Positions 1 to 9,489 of a DNA stretch of 64,000 bases are shown piece by piece. The stretch spans positions 256,001-320,000 of the forward strand of contig CAVXYC010000023.1 of assembly GCA_963765765.1 (NCBI GenBank). The letters run 5' to 3'. Made by a program: the position numbers and the translations under genes. Each line of letters starts with the position of its first letter. The stretch's first letter is position 1. The notes under the pieces are model-generated. The model saw only the letters and a list, made by a program, of their open reading frames with translations, was not told where the DNA came from and ran no database searches. The DNA is from an uncultured Chloroflexia bacterium (GTDB lineage: Bacteria; Chloroflexota; UBA6077; JACCZL01).

Positions 1-496
1 AGAGCTCATTAGTGTGGCCATCCGGATCATAGATATAGGTGTGCCAGTTTGAACCCGGCATATCGCGGCCGGTCCGTTGAATCTCAACACCGTGGTCCGC
101 GAAGAACCCGACCGCATCACCCACCTCGCGGAGGCTGCCAACTTGCCAGGTGATCTGATTAATGGTGATGTCCTCGCCAAATCGGCGATCGTGGCCGCGA
201 GCGTCCATGACCGCCCTGTTGAACAAGACGAAGGCGTGATGATCGCCGCCGTAACGCATGAAGTAGCCTGTGGTAGGACTGCCCAGCGCCTCGAACACCT
301 CGGGCGGCAAGGTTCGTCGGCCGAACTCAGCCACGTCAGAGATGCGGAACCCCAGAAGGTCGCGATAGAACTGAGCACACTCATCGAGCTTGTAGACGTT
401 GAAACCGAAGTGACCCAGTCGCCGAATCTTGAACGGCTGGTCAAGGAGGATTCCCCCTACGTCAAATCGGGTGCCGGCCGAAACATCAACTGCCAT
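1..496 (-). CDS. VOC (glyoxalase/extradiol dioxygenase-like) family protein, 3' end runs off the window
   Basis: Not in the ORF track. Manual translation from ATG 496 gives MAVDVSAGTRFDVGGILLDQPFKIRRLGHFGFNV...FMRYGGDHHAFVLF...INQITWQVGS...GRDMPGSNWHTYIYDPDGHTNEL, a typical VOC motif set that resembles 7474..8007. Confidence 0.8.
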   Translation of the reverse strand, partial: MAVDVSAGTRFDVGGILLDQPFKIRRLGHFGFNVYKLDECAQFYRDLLGFRISDVAEFGRRTLPPEVFEALGSPTTGYFMRYGGDHHAFVLFNRAVMDARGHDRRFGEDITINQITWQVGSLREVGDAVGFFADHGVEIQRTGRDMPGSNWHTYIYDPDGHTNEL

Positions 497-792
497 GATT
501 CCTCCGCGCTCAAGCGTCGCGCACGCCGCCGCATTGGGAACTGTATCCCGCATGTTGACAGGACTACAAATGATCGAACACGGTCCTCGGGTCATGGCTG
601 ACGCTAATTGCTTCGCGTTATTTCCAGGTGAAGGGGATAACCGTGGAGATGGTAAACATGCCCGTGCCTGCCAATTTTGATAGGCATCGCGATTCGCGCC
701 TGTGAGAGGTGCATTGCTAGGGTGGATCTCTGACGCACATCGGCGACGGCTACTTCGTCAGCAGGAATTCGCTTAACCATTGACGGTGGTCG

Positions 793-2022
793 GTGTACCC
801 TGATTCGGTGCAATTGACAATACAGCGCTCCGACCAATCCCACCGCGGGCCGCTCTTGCTGGCGTTCTGCATAGGCGTTGGCATCATGTGCATTCGCGCT
901 GGCTTTGCTGTGATGTACCCGGCGTTCGCCGAGGATTTGCAGCTCACTACCTCCGAAGCGACCGGCGCCTATGCGATGAGCATGCCGATATATGCAGTCT
1001 CTGTCATAGGCGCGGGCGTGCTGCTTGACCGCATTGGCATTCGGAAAACGATGCTGATCAGTCTGAGCGTGCTCACGCTGGGTCTGATCCTGGCCGGTTT
1101 TGCTCAGGATATTGTCCAGCTCTATCTGGCGTGGGGCATCTTGATCGGCATGGGCATGAGCGGTGCTGGGTACGTGGCGAACCTCAAGATGCTGGCCGTG
1201 ACTGCGCCACGGCAGATTGGACTCGGACTGGGCGTGCTTTCCGCGGGGCAAGGAGTCGGAGCGCTCCTGGTCAGTCCTGCAATTCAGCTCATGATCGATT
1301 TTGGGGGATGGAGATTCGCTCAGGTTGGCATCGGACTGTTCATCGCCGCGATGCTCGTCCTTCTGGTGCTCTTGATCGCACCGCGCGGTGAGCGTCGCGA
1401 GCACGGGGAAGACGCCGCCGGCGACAGCATGATTGACGCGGTTCGTAACCAGCCAGTGGCGTTTTCCTGGGCATTACTCGCGCTGGCTTCTATGGGTTAC
1501 ACATTGTTGCTGCCAACCCACCAGGTTGCCTATCTCACCAGCGTGGGGACACCGGCAATCGCGGCAGCGACAATTGGCGGTGTAATGGGTGGCATGATGT
1601 CGGTCGGCGGCATGATGGGTGGATGGCTGGCTGGTCGAGTGGGAGCGCCACGGCTCATTCTCACCGGCGGGATCATGGCGGCCCTGGGAGCCCTGGCGCT
1701 CCCCCTGGCTGGACCTGACACGCCGCTCTTCATCGCGTTGTATCTGCTGGGCGCGGGCGCCGGCCGAGGCATCACAACGGTTGGTCTCGGGAGTATTCAG
1801 GCGCGCGTGTTTCCCGGGAAGACGCTGGGACGCATCAGCGGCCTTCTCGAGATTGGCTTTGGCATGGGCGGTCTTGCTGGCCCGTGGCTTACCGCGGCCG
1901 CCCGTGATGCTACTGGCTCATACGTTCCTGGAATCATCACCGCGGCGCCGGCCGCTCTTCTGGTGGCCGTGGGCGGCTTAGCGGCGTGGCGCACGAGATC
2001 AAAAGGACGGACGCGGTTGTAG
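793..2022 (+). CDS. MFS transporter (12 TM)
   Basis: 409 aa hydrophobic ORF with MFS motif A (GVLLDRIGIRK) and its repeat (GWLAGRVGAPR). Confidence 0.85.
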   Translation: MYPDSVQLTIQRSDQSHRGPLLLAFCIGVGIMCIRAGFAVMYPAFAEDLQLTTSEATGAYAMSMPIYAVSVIGAGVLLDRIGIRKTMLISLSVLTLGLILAGFAQDIVQLYLAWGILIGMGMSGAGYVANLKMLAVTAPRQIGLGLGVLSAGQGVGALLVSPAIQLMIDFGGWRFAQVGIGLFIAAMLVLLVLLIAPRGERREHGEDAAGDSMIDAVRNQPVAFSWALLALASMGYTLLLPTHQVAYLTSVGTPAIAAATIGGVMGGMMSVGGMMGGWLAGRVGAPRLILTGGIMAALGALALPLAGPDTPLFIALYLLGAGAGRGITTVGLGSIQARVFPGKTLGRISGLLEIGFGMGGLAGPWLTAAARDATGSYVPGIITAAPAALLVAVGGLAAWRTRSKGRTRL

Positions 2023-2042
2023 ATACGAGCGGCTGTACCAGC

Positions 2043-2165
2043 CCGGGAGCGCCGACATCCTGTCGGCCCGGCCCCCTGAGCCGCCGCGAGCACCAAGTCC
2101 GCCGGAGTCAGAGACGTCTGCAGACGGCCATTTGGGCCGGGTCGACAGGATGTCGGCGCTCCCGG
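2043..2165. repeat. Long imperfect inverted repeat (REP/MITE-like)
   Basis: CCGGGAGCGCCGACATCCTGTCGGCCCGGCCC ... GGGCCGGGTCGACAGGATGTCGGCGCTCCCGG; a partial copy of one arm lies at about 50348-50372. Confidence 0.75.
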
Positions 2166-2254
2166 TCCGGTATGGTGCGTCGTCGCAGAGGCTGTTGTTC
2201 GCGGGCGTTCGCCACTCCTGACCACGCTTTGGTACCCTGAGCGCGGAGAAAGCA

Positions 2255-2857
2255 TTGCAAAGCTGGGAAGCACTACGCGGTCGATTGATCGCCATCGAAG
2301 GAATCGACCAGGCTGGGAAGGAGACCGTCTCGCGCTTGCTGGGCGCGACGCTGACGTCGGCTGGCTTGCGCGTGGAGCGCATGGAATTTCCCGACTACAC
2401 GACGCCGATCGGCCGCGAGATCGGGCGATTCCTCGAGGGCGCGCATCGTCATACGGCCGAAGTCCGACAGCTTCTCTACGTGGCCAATCGGTGGGAGCGC
2501 AAGGAGCTTCTCGAGACCTGGCTCGAAGAGGGCGCAACCATCCTGCTGGACCGCTACACAGGCTCTGGCCTTGCATATGGTGCCGCACAGGGACTCTCCA
2601 TGGAATGGATGGAGTCGCTTGAGCAAGGTCTACCCAAGCCCCATCTCGTCATTCTCCTCGACATCACACCGGAAGTCTCCATGGCCCGCAAGCAGCGGTC
2701 GCGCGACACGTACGAAGAGCAGGAAGACTTGCTCGTCCGGGCGAGAAACGCCTACATCGAGCTTGCTGAGCGAGATCACTGGGCCGTGGTGAACGCCGCG
2801 GACGGCCCTCACGAAGTCTGGTCCGCGATGGAGCAAGTACTGCGGGAGCGATTCTAG
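2255..2857 (+). CDS. tmk: Thymidylate kinase
   Basis: P-loop IAIEGIDQAGKET, LYVANRWE, LLDRYTGSGLAYG, LPKPHLVILLD. Confidence 0.92.
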   Translation: MQSWEALRGRLIAIEGIDQAGKETVSRLLGATLTSAGLRVERMEFPDYTTPIGREIGRFLEGAHRHTAEVRQLLYVANRWERKELLETWLEEGATILLDRYTGSGLAYGAAQGLSMEWMESLEQGLPKPHLVILLDITPEVSMARKQRSRDTYEEQEDLLVRARNAYIELAERDHWAVVNAADGPHEVWSAMEQVLRERF

Positions 2858-2873
2858 CTCCAGGACTTTGCGC

Positions 2874-2889
2874 TGGCACGCACGGTGCA
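2874..2889 (+). promoter_or_regulatory. Putative sigma54 (-24/-12) promoter
   Basis: TGGCACGCACGGTGCA, GG-N10-GC spacing, about 40 nt upstream of ATG 2928. Confidence 0.55.
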
Positions 2890-2927
2890 CTTGAGGGGCA
2901 TTCCCTATCTCGAGGTGACACGGTGCT

Positions 2928-3332
2928 ATGAAGGCTATCGCATTGGCTGCACTCATGCTGGTAACCAGCGTGGGATGTACAACGCGGAGCGAATCGGGGA
3001 CATCCAACTCGCTCGTTAACGCTACTCCCGGCTCTACGACGGCCCAGAGCTCACCGCCGCAAAACGTTCAACAGCTTCAGGTGGCTATTCAGGATGGGAA
3101 GTTCAAGGACAGGGTTTACTCCGCGCAGGTGGGCGCCGCGGTGCTCAATATCACCTCGGATGAGGGGCCGTACACGCTGCGTGTGGACGAAATCATTGAT
3201 GCATTCCCGGTGCCGGCTTCGCAGCCAACTCGTGTTGAGACGAATCTGCCCATGCCCGGCGATTTCACCATGCGGCTCGCGGAAACCGGATCGTTCGCCG
3301 TCCTGAACGTTCGCGAGATCGGCGGTCGATAG
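2928..3332 (+). CDS. Hypothetical lipoprotein, possibly cupredoxin-like fold
   Basis: Signal peptide with lipobox-like SVG-C, Ser/Thr/Pro linker, beta-rich C-terminal domain, RBS GAGGTG. Confidence 0.6.
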   Translation: MKAIALAALMLVTSVGCTTRSESGTSNSLVNATPGSTTAQSSPPQNVQQLQVAIQDGKFKDRVYSAQVGAAVLNITSDEGPYTLRVDEIIDAFPVPASQPTRVETNLPMPGDFTMRLAETGSFAVLNVREIGGR

Positions 3333-3427
3333 GACGCTTTGCGCCGCCCGCGTGTTCTTGCTTGCGCGTCGTCAATGTGGGATGTTGATCGTAGGCGCTA
3401 CTGGAGAGTGGCGGCCGGGAGGCGGCC

Positions 3428-5004
3428 ATGACTGAGGAGCAAAAGACACAGAAAATCACCTATGCCACGCTTGCATCACCGAGTGAGGAGCTTCACGCGA
3501 CGTTCGATGCAGCGTTGAGCCGGCAGCGGGAGCTGCTCGGGCAAGAGCACCCAATGTACATAGGCGGTCAGGAGGTTCGGGCTGAGCGGCAGTTCGAAGT
3601 GCGCAGCCCAAGCGATACACGCATGTTGATCGGTCGGTTCCAGCGTGGCACGGCCGAGCATGCTCGTCAGGCGATCGACGCTGCGCAGGAAACGCTTCAG
3701 GACTCTGGGCTCGGATCCCCTGGGAGGAGCGAGTCCGAATCATCCGTCGCGCCACGGATCTCATCAGCGGCCGCGGACACGACTACGCGGCGCGATTGAC
3801 GTACGAGGTCGGCAAGACGCGCATGGAGGCCCTGGGGGACATCGAGGAGTCAGCCGACTTCTTGCGCTACTACTGTGATCACATGGAGCGCGCTAAGGGT
3901 TTTGCCATGCCAATGGCCGGACTTTCGGAAGGTGAGAAACCATATGACGTTATGCGACCGTATGGCGTTTGGCTGGTGATCTCGCCTTTCAATTTCCCGA
4001 TGGCGCTCGCGATGGGGCCCGTGGGCGCGGCGCTCGTCGCTGGCAACACGGTGGTATTGAAGCCATCCAGCGATGCGCCCTGGATGGGCATCGAGATCGC
4101 GCGCATCCTCGCCGAGGCCGGCGTGCCCAATGGGGTTGTGAACGTCGTGACCGGATCAGGGGCGGAAGTTGGTCAGGCACTGGCGGACGACTCGCGCGTC
4201 GGCGGAATGACCTTCACAGGCTCATACGAGGCCGGCATGACGTTGTACCGCGGCTTCTCTCAGCGCTACCCACGACCCTGCATCGTTGAGATGGGCGGCA
4301 AGAACCCCGCCATCGTGACGCGCAATGCCGACCTGGACAAAGCCGCGGAGGGCATTGCACGGTCGGCGTTCGGATTCAGCGGTCAGAAGTGCAGCGCGTG
4401 CTCACGCGTGTATGTGGACCGTACAGTGCGGGACAGTCTCATTGACCTGCTCCGCGAGCGTACGGAGAAGCTGGTGGTCGGCGATCCGACTCGGCGCGAT
4501 ACGTTTACCGGGCCAGTCATCCACCAGTCCAAAGTGGAGGATTTCCGGCGCGCCATTGACCTCTCGCTGAGTGACGGTCGCATCATCACCGGTGGCGCGG
4601 TACTGATGGACGGCGAGTTTGCCAACGGCCATTTTGTGGAGCCAACGGTTGTCGAAGGACTCGGGCACGAGCACGAGCTGATGCGGCAGGAGCAGTTCAT
4701 GCCGTTCGTAGGCCTTGTCGAAGTGAGCTCACTGGATGAGGCAATGAAATTGGCGAATGACACCGTCTATGGCTTGACCGCGGGCATTTATACGGAAGAC
4801 GAGGACGAAGCCCGACAGTTCCTGGATCAGATCGAAGTGGGCGTTGCCTATGTGAATCGGCGCGCCGGAGCGACCACAGGCGCCTGGCCGGGCTCGCAGG
4901 CTTTCGGTGGATGGAAAGGCTCGGCCTCGTCCGGGCGCGGCAGCGGCGGCCCGTACTACTTGCAACAGTACATGCGCGAGCAGGCACAAACGATCATCGA
5001 ATAA
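3428..5004 (+). CDS. Aldehyde dehydrogenase, P5C-dehydrogenase (RocA/PruA)-like; frameshift near 3700
   Basis: ISPFNFP, FTGS, EMGGKN, FGFSGQKCSACS and YGLTAG motifs; the N-terminal part is in ORF 3428..3799 and the rest in 3796..5004. Confidence 0.85.
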
Positions 5005-5068
5005 CTAACAGGTAGCCTGTCAATTCCCGATCCACTGAAGATTGTGGGCTTGAAAGTTCGGATAACAA

Positions 5069-5104
5069 AAATATGGGGCGCAGGATATCCTGCGCCCCAT
5101 ATTT
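5069..5104. terminator. Bidirectional intrinsic terminator
   Basis: AAATATGGGGCGCAGGA-TA-TCCTGCGCCCCATATTT between convergent genes. Confidence 0.8.
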
Positions 5105-5125
5105 CGTACTTACGAGAAGGTGACG

Positions 5126-6412
5126 TCAGCTCCGGACAGCCGCGAGAGCAGTCTCCGGATTCTTGTCCCAGGTGGCGAGCGCCTGCTCGATAAGATCGGC
5201 ATGCTCGCTTACGCCAGCCTCACCGGGGCGATACTTCGGTCGCTGAGTCACACCGTGCTTGACCTTCTCCATGGGGAAGCTCACGCAGCGTGCCTTGTCA
5301 GCGCTTCGGAACGTGTTCATGGGGTCTTCGCCCTCACGAACCTTTTCCATCTCCCGTTGCAGCATGAAGCGGAACTGGATGATGCCGCGATCCGACTCGC
5401 CCAGCTTCTCGAGATGCCGCTTGGCAATGGACCCCTGTGTGAACCAGGCCATGTAGTCCTGGTTGAAGGTGTAGTTCAACACCCAGTTTCCATCGCCCTC
5501 CCGTAGCGGTACGACCCTATACGGCACGTGCGGCTGAACCGGTCCTTCCTGCCCCGGCGCGAAGGGATAAATGTACTGCGACACGTGGTACGTCCGGTGG
5601 TCATCGATCGGCACGCGGAACTGCATCGTGTAGCCAAACTGGTTTCCCGTGAGCAGCATGTTGGGGAACAGGATGGGATGCCCCACGGTCCAGTCCTCAT
5701 CTTCGCCAGTGTCGCCCTCAACCATCCGTCGCTTGATGATGCCGTGATCGAATTCATCGAACGCGATCACCTTATGGGGTTTGCCGATGCTTCCGCCCAT
5801 ACGGAACCCTTGTCCCTTGAGCTGAGCGACGTAGCTCCCGAAGTACCCATGCAGCCACTCGGTATGTACGGGATCCAGTGAGTTCTCCTGACACTGCAGC
5901 CAGTTGCAGGGAAGCTCGGTGACGGCGATGTCGCGTACGGCGTCTGTCCAGGTGAGCGGCTCCCAGCCGGGAAGCTCCGGAACGGGAGCCGGGCCCATAT
6001 ATGCCCAGACGAGTCCGGCTAGCTCGCGCACCGGGTAACCCTGCAGTCCGCACTTCGCTCGGAACGCCGCCTCGGGATGCATCGTGTCCTCGAACGGCTG
6101 CTGTACGCACGCGCCAGTCTCGTCAAACTTCCAGCCGTGATACTGACAGCGAATGCCGTCTTCTTCCACCACGCCAATGGCCAGGTTCACGCGACGGTGC
6201 GAGCAAAAACGCTCAATGAGACCCAGATTGCCGCTCCGATCTCGATAGAGCACGAGCTCCTCGCCTAGGATCGTCACTTCCTTGGTGCGGAACGGGTTGT
6301 CCTCGAGCTCCTTCGAGGCCGCGATGGGCTGCCAGTATCGACGCATGAGGTCACCCATGGGGGTGCCGGGGCCAACCCTGGTTAAGACCTCATTGTCCTT
6401 TTCATTGAGCAT
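5126..6412 (-). CDS. Rieske non-heme iron oxygenase, phthalate 4,5-dioxygenase/LigXa-like alpha subunit
   Basis: Start MLNEKDNEVLTRVGPGTPMG; Rieske motif CSH...CQYH; mononuclear Fe motif ENSLDPVHTEWLH; QD...QG; HLEKLGESDRG. Confidence 0.9.
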   Translation of the reverse strand: MLNEKDNEVLTRVGPGTPMGDLMRRYWQPIAASKELEDNPFRTKEVTILGEELVLYRDRSGNLGLIERFCSHRRVNLAIGVVEEDGIRCQYHGWKFDETGACVQQPFEDTMHPEAAFRAKCGLQGYPVRELAGLVWAYMGPAPVPELPGWEPLTWTDAVRDIAVTELPCNWLQCQENSLDPVHTEWLHGYFGSYVAQLKGQGFRMGGSIGKPHKVIAFDEFDHGIIKRRMVEGDTGEDEDWTVGHPILFPNMLLTGNQFGYTMQFRVPIDDHRTYHVSQYIYPFAPGQEGPVQPHVPYRVVPLREGDGNWVLNYTFNQDYMAWFTQGSIAKRHLEKLGESDRGIIQFRFMLQREMEKVREGEDPMNTFRSADKARCVSFPMEKVKHGVTQRPKYRPGEAGVSEHADLIEQALATWDKNPETALAAVRS

Positions 6413-6560
6413 GCAGGCTTCCTCCTGTTGATTCCAAGAGCATAGCGTCTCGGCCAGGCGTCTGACTAGAGCCCGTCGAGCTCGTTGAAGTCGGGTTGAG
6501 CATCGCGCTTCTTCCGGCATTGGTGCGACAATGCTCACAGCAGTCAACTCACGCTGAGGG

Positions 6561-7454
6561 ATGGCGATGCAGATTGAGCTCGAGCGCATCCAGACGGAAG
6601 ACGGCATGTTCTTGCATGGCGCACTGCGGCGACCGGCCGTGGGAGCGGCATCCCAGCTTGGTGCGGATGTGGTCATCATGCACCACGGTGTGGGCGGGAA
6701 CTTCTACAACCCACACTTTTTCGACCCGCTGGGGGATCATCTGCTGGAGAAGGGATGCGCAATCCTGCGCGTGAACAACCGTGGCCATGACCTGGCCTAC
6801 AACAGCCCCAAGGGCCGCCTTGGAGCTGCATTCGAATCGGTGGATGACTGCCGCAAGGATTGGAAAGCGTGGATCGATCACGCCGTGTCGCTTGGCTTTC
6901 AGCGTATTGCGTTGTGGGGACACAGTCTCGGCGCGGTGAAGACGATCTACTTCCTGTCAACCGACGGTGACCCACGAGTGGTGTGGGCGATCGCTACGTC
7001 ACCGCCGCAGTTCTCCTATAGCGACTATGTGTCACGCCCCGACGGCCATCTGTTCACGGCCTACTTCGACGAGGCAAAGCGCCTGGTTGCCGAAGGGAAG
7101 CCTGACGCGGTCTTTCCAGTCACGATTCCAACGAACGTGTTGCTTGCCGCGAAGACGTACCTGGATAAGTATGGTCCTGAGGAGCGCTTTGACATCGTCA
7201 AGCTCCTCCCCAATGTACGTATTCCGATTCTGGTCACGATCGGTGCTAAGGAAGGCGAAGGCCCGGAGAGCCCGGATCGATTCTCCTTCCTGGGCCTGGC
7301 TGATCGTATAAGCGGTCTGGCACGGACGCAGGATAATTTGAGCTTCTCGCACATTACGGGCGCAGACCATTTCTATACGGGCGTGACGGATGATCTGTGG
7401 GCAGCGATCGATAGTTGGCTGACAAGTCGCGCGCCGATGGCCGCGGCACGCTAA
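6561..7454 (+). CDS. Alpha/beta hydrolase (DUF1749-like)
   Basis: HHGVGGNFY, nucleophile elbow GHSLGA, C-terminal GADHFY. Confidence 0.85.
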   Translation: MAMQIELERIQTEDGMFLHGALRRPAVGAASQLGADVVIMHHGVGGNFYNPHFFDPLGDHLLEKGCAILRVNNRGHDLAYNSPKGRLGAAFESVDDCRKDWKAWIDHAVSLGFQRIALWGHSLGAVKTIYFLSTDGDPRVVWAIATSPPQFSYSDYVSRPDGHLFTAYFDEAKRLVAEGKPDAVFPVTIPTNVLLAAKTYLDKYGPEERFDIVKLLPNVRIPILVTIGAKEGEGPESPDRFSFLGLADRISGLARTQDNLSFSHITGADHFYTGVTDDLWAAIDSWLTSRAPMAAAR

Positions 7455-7473
7455 GAAGGAAGCGGTGCAATGA

Positions 7474-8007
7474 TTGAGATTCAGCAGGTCTGGCGGTAGC
7501 GCAACGGGCACGTCCACGCCCATAAAGGTACGTAAGCTCGGGCACGTCGTCTTTCGTGTTAGTGACGTAGAGCGCAGTACTCGTTTCTGGACCGAGATTA
7601 TGGGCTTCTCAATTTCAGACCGAAACGAGCGCGGGATGGTGTTCCTGCGTCACGGCTCAGACCACCACAGCATCGCTTTGGCCGCTGCTGACCAAGGCGA
7701 AGGTCTCCCGGGGCGTGAGCGTGTCGGCTTCGACCACCTGGCGCTGGAAGTCGGCAGCGTTGCGGAGCTATTCGAGATTCGCGATTTCCTGCGCGCTAAC
7801 GACGTGAAGATCGTGTACGAAGGTCGACGCGGCGCGGGTAGTAACCCGGGTATCGAGTTTTTGGATCCAGATGGTTATCAGCTCGAGGTCTATGCGTCCA
7901 TGGATCAGATTGGTTGGGAAGGCGTGAGTCGCCCGGCCAACCAATGGCGGCGAGCTACGTCGCTAGAGCAGGTGCTCGCCGAGCCTGTCGAGGGAGCAAA
8001 GTACTAG
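7474..8007 (+). CDS. VOC family protein
   Basis: KLGHVVFRV, FLRHGSDHHSIAL, FDHLALEV, EFLDPDGYQLE. Confidence 0.85.
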   Translation: MRFSRSGGSATGTSTPIKVRKLGHVVFRVSDVERSTRFWTEIMGFSISDRNERGMVFLRHGSDHHSIALAAADQGEGLPGRERVGFDHLALEVGSVAELFEIRDFLRANDVKIVYEGRRGAGSNPGIEFLDPDGYQLEVYASMDQIGWEGVSRPANQWRRATSLEQVLAEPVEGAKY

Positions 8008-8052
8008 GCGCGAAGCTCTTCTCCGAACCGCTTGGCGCCCGATCGATGGCAA

Positions 8053-8083
8053 AAAGGCGGGGCGACATAGTCGCCCCGCCTTT
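8053..8083. terminator. Intrinsic terminator hairpin
   Basis: AAAGGCGGGGCGAC-ATA-GTCGCCCCGCCTTT between convergent genes. Confidence 0.75.
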
Positions 8084-8104
8084 CGATTACCTACAGCAAC
8101 CTGA

Positions 8105-9295
8105 CTACTGGCGGTAAGACTGCACCGCCGCGGCATCCGGGGTGGGCGGGGCGCCCGCTCGGTTGCGTCCGTCCGCGCCAAATAAGCCGTCCACGAGGTT
8201 CGTGTCGATCATCTCGTGATTGGGATCACGGATGACGCCCAGCGGGTCCTCGCCGCGCTTGACCTTCTCGATGTTCTCGAACATAACCTTGCGGAGCAGG
8301 GCAACGCCGCGATCGGAGTAGCTGAGATGCTCCTTCGTGCGGTCGGCAATGGGGCCCTGCGTCTCCCAGGCTAAATGGTCCTGCGCCAGCACCGATCGAC
8401 CGTCGAAACGGGTGAAAGGGTGCAGTTTATCCGGCGGGTTCTTGTATGGCTTGAGGTACTCCACCGGCGGATCGGCTTCGTTGTCCTCGATCTTGCCCGT
8501 GTACTCGAAGAGCACGTGGATGTGGCGCGTGTGCTCGTCGTCGATGGGGATGCGGATCTGAGTTGACGGGCCCTGTCGGAGGATGTTCGGGAAGATGAGC
8601 GGGTGCTCCTCTACCGAGCCGTTGTGATACTCGCGATGCTTCATGATGCCGATGTCGTTGACGTAAAAGCTGAAATCTTTCACATCGTCGGTGAAGCCGC
8701 GCGTAGTGTTGACCGGCTGGCGGCCGCGGCCGATGTACTCCTGGTGCAGCACCTGCAGGTGCGCCGGGTCAACCGAGTTCTCCATGGCCTGGAACCAGTT
8801 GGCATCCAGATCCGGATGTACTACGATGCTGCGCTTGCCATCGCTTCGGGTGAACGTGTCGTAATGAGGGATGACCGGAGCGGGCAGTGGTCCGAGATAC
8901 GCCCAATACATTCCCAGGAATCGCTCCACCGGGTAGCTGGTCTGCTTGACGTGGCTCAGGATGGCATCATTCTTTTCGGGTGGCGTCTCAAGAATGTTGC
9001 CTTCAGTGTCGAACAGCCAGCCATGATAGACGCATGAGATTCCGCGCTCTTCCACGCGGCCATAAAGCAGCGAGGCGTTGCGGTGAGCGCACTTGTCTTC
9101 TAGCAGGCCGACGCGTCCACTCAGATCGCGAAAGAGAACGAGCGTCTCACCGAGAATCCGCACTGTGAGAGTGGGGTTCTCATCGGTCAGCTCCGATGCA
9201 ATCGCTACTGGGTGCCAGTAGCGGCGGAGTAGCTCTCCTCCCGGAGTGCCTGGTCCTACGCGGACCAGCGCTTCATTTTCCTCTTTGGTAAGCAT
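8105..9295 (-). CDS. Rieske non-heme iron oxygenase (second paralog)
   Basis: MLTKEENEALVRVGPGTPGG; CAH...CVYH; ENSVDPAHLQVLH; EHLSYSDRG. Confidence 0.9.
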   Translation of the reverse strand: MLTKEENEALVRVGPGTPGGELLRRYWHPVAIASELTDENPTLTVRILGETLVLFRDLSGRVGLLEDKCAHRNASLLYGRVEERGISCVYHGWLFDTEGNILETPPEKNDAILSHVKQTSYPVERFLGMYWAYLGPLPAPVIPHYDTFTRSDGKRSIVVHPDLDANWFQAMENSVDPAHLQVLHQEYIGRGRQPVNTTRGFTDDVKDFSFYVNDIGIMKHREYHNGSVEEHPLIFPNILRQGPSTQIRIPIDDEHTRHIHVLFEYTGKIEDNEADPPVEYLKPYKNPPDKLHPFTRFDGRSVLAQDHLAWETQGPIADRTKEHLSYSDRGVALLRKVMFENIEKVKRGEDPLGVIRDPNHEMIDTNLVDGLFGADGRNRAGAPPTPDAAAVQSYRQ

Positions 9296-9489
9296 CGTTG
9301 CCTCCAAGAAGCGACGTGTGCATCGCTTCGATGGCTCCGATTGTACATGAGTGGAAACGTTTCCTTATAGAGGTTAGCGACGGTCTGGGCATGGTGCCCT
9401 GTCGAAATTTCACCTCCTTCAAATTTGACGCCGACCGGTTCGGGATTTAGACTGCCGCTTGAGGCCCCTGCCACACTGAGTGAGGAGAT

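Noticed and set aside
77-601. 174-aa plus-strand ORF in the track
   Set aside because: It is the antisense shadow of the real minus-strand VOC gene (1..496).
6413-6679. N-terminal extension of the first Rieske ORF
   Set aside because: It overlaps the divergent hydrolase, and a strong AGGAGG RBS precedes ATG 6412.
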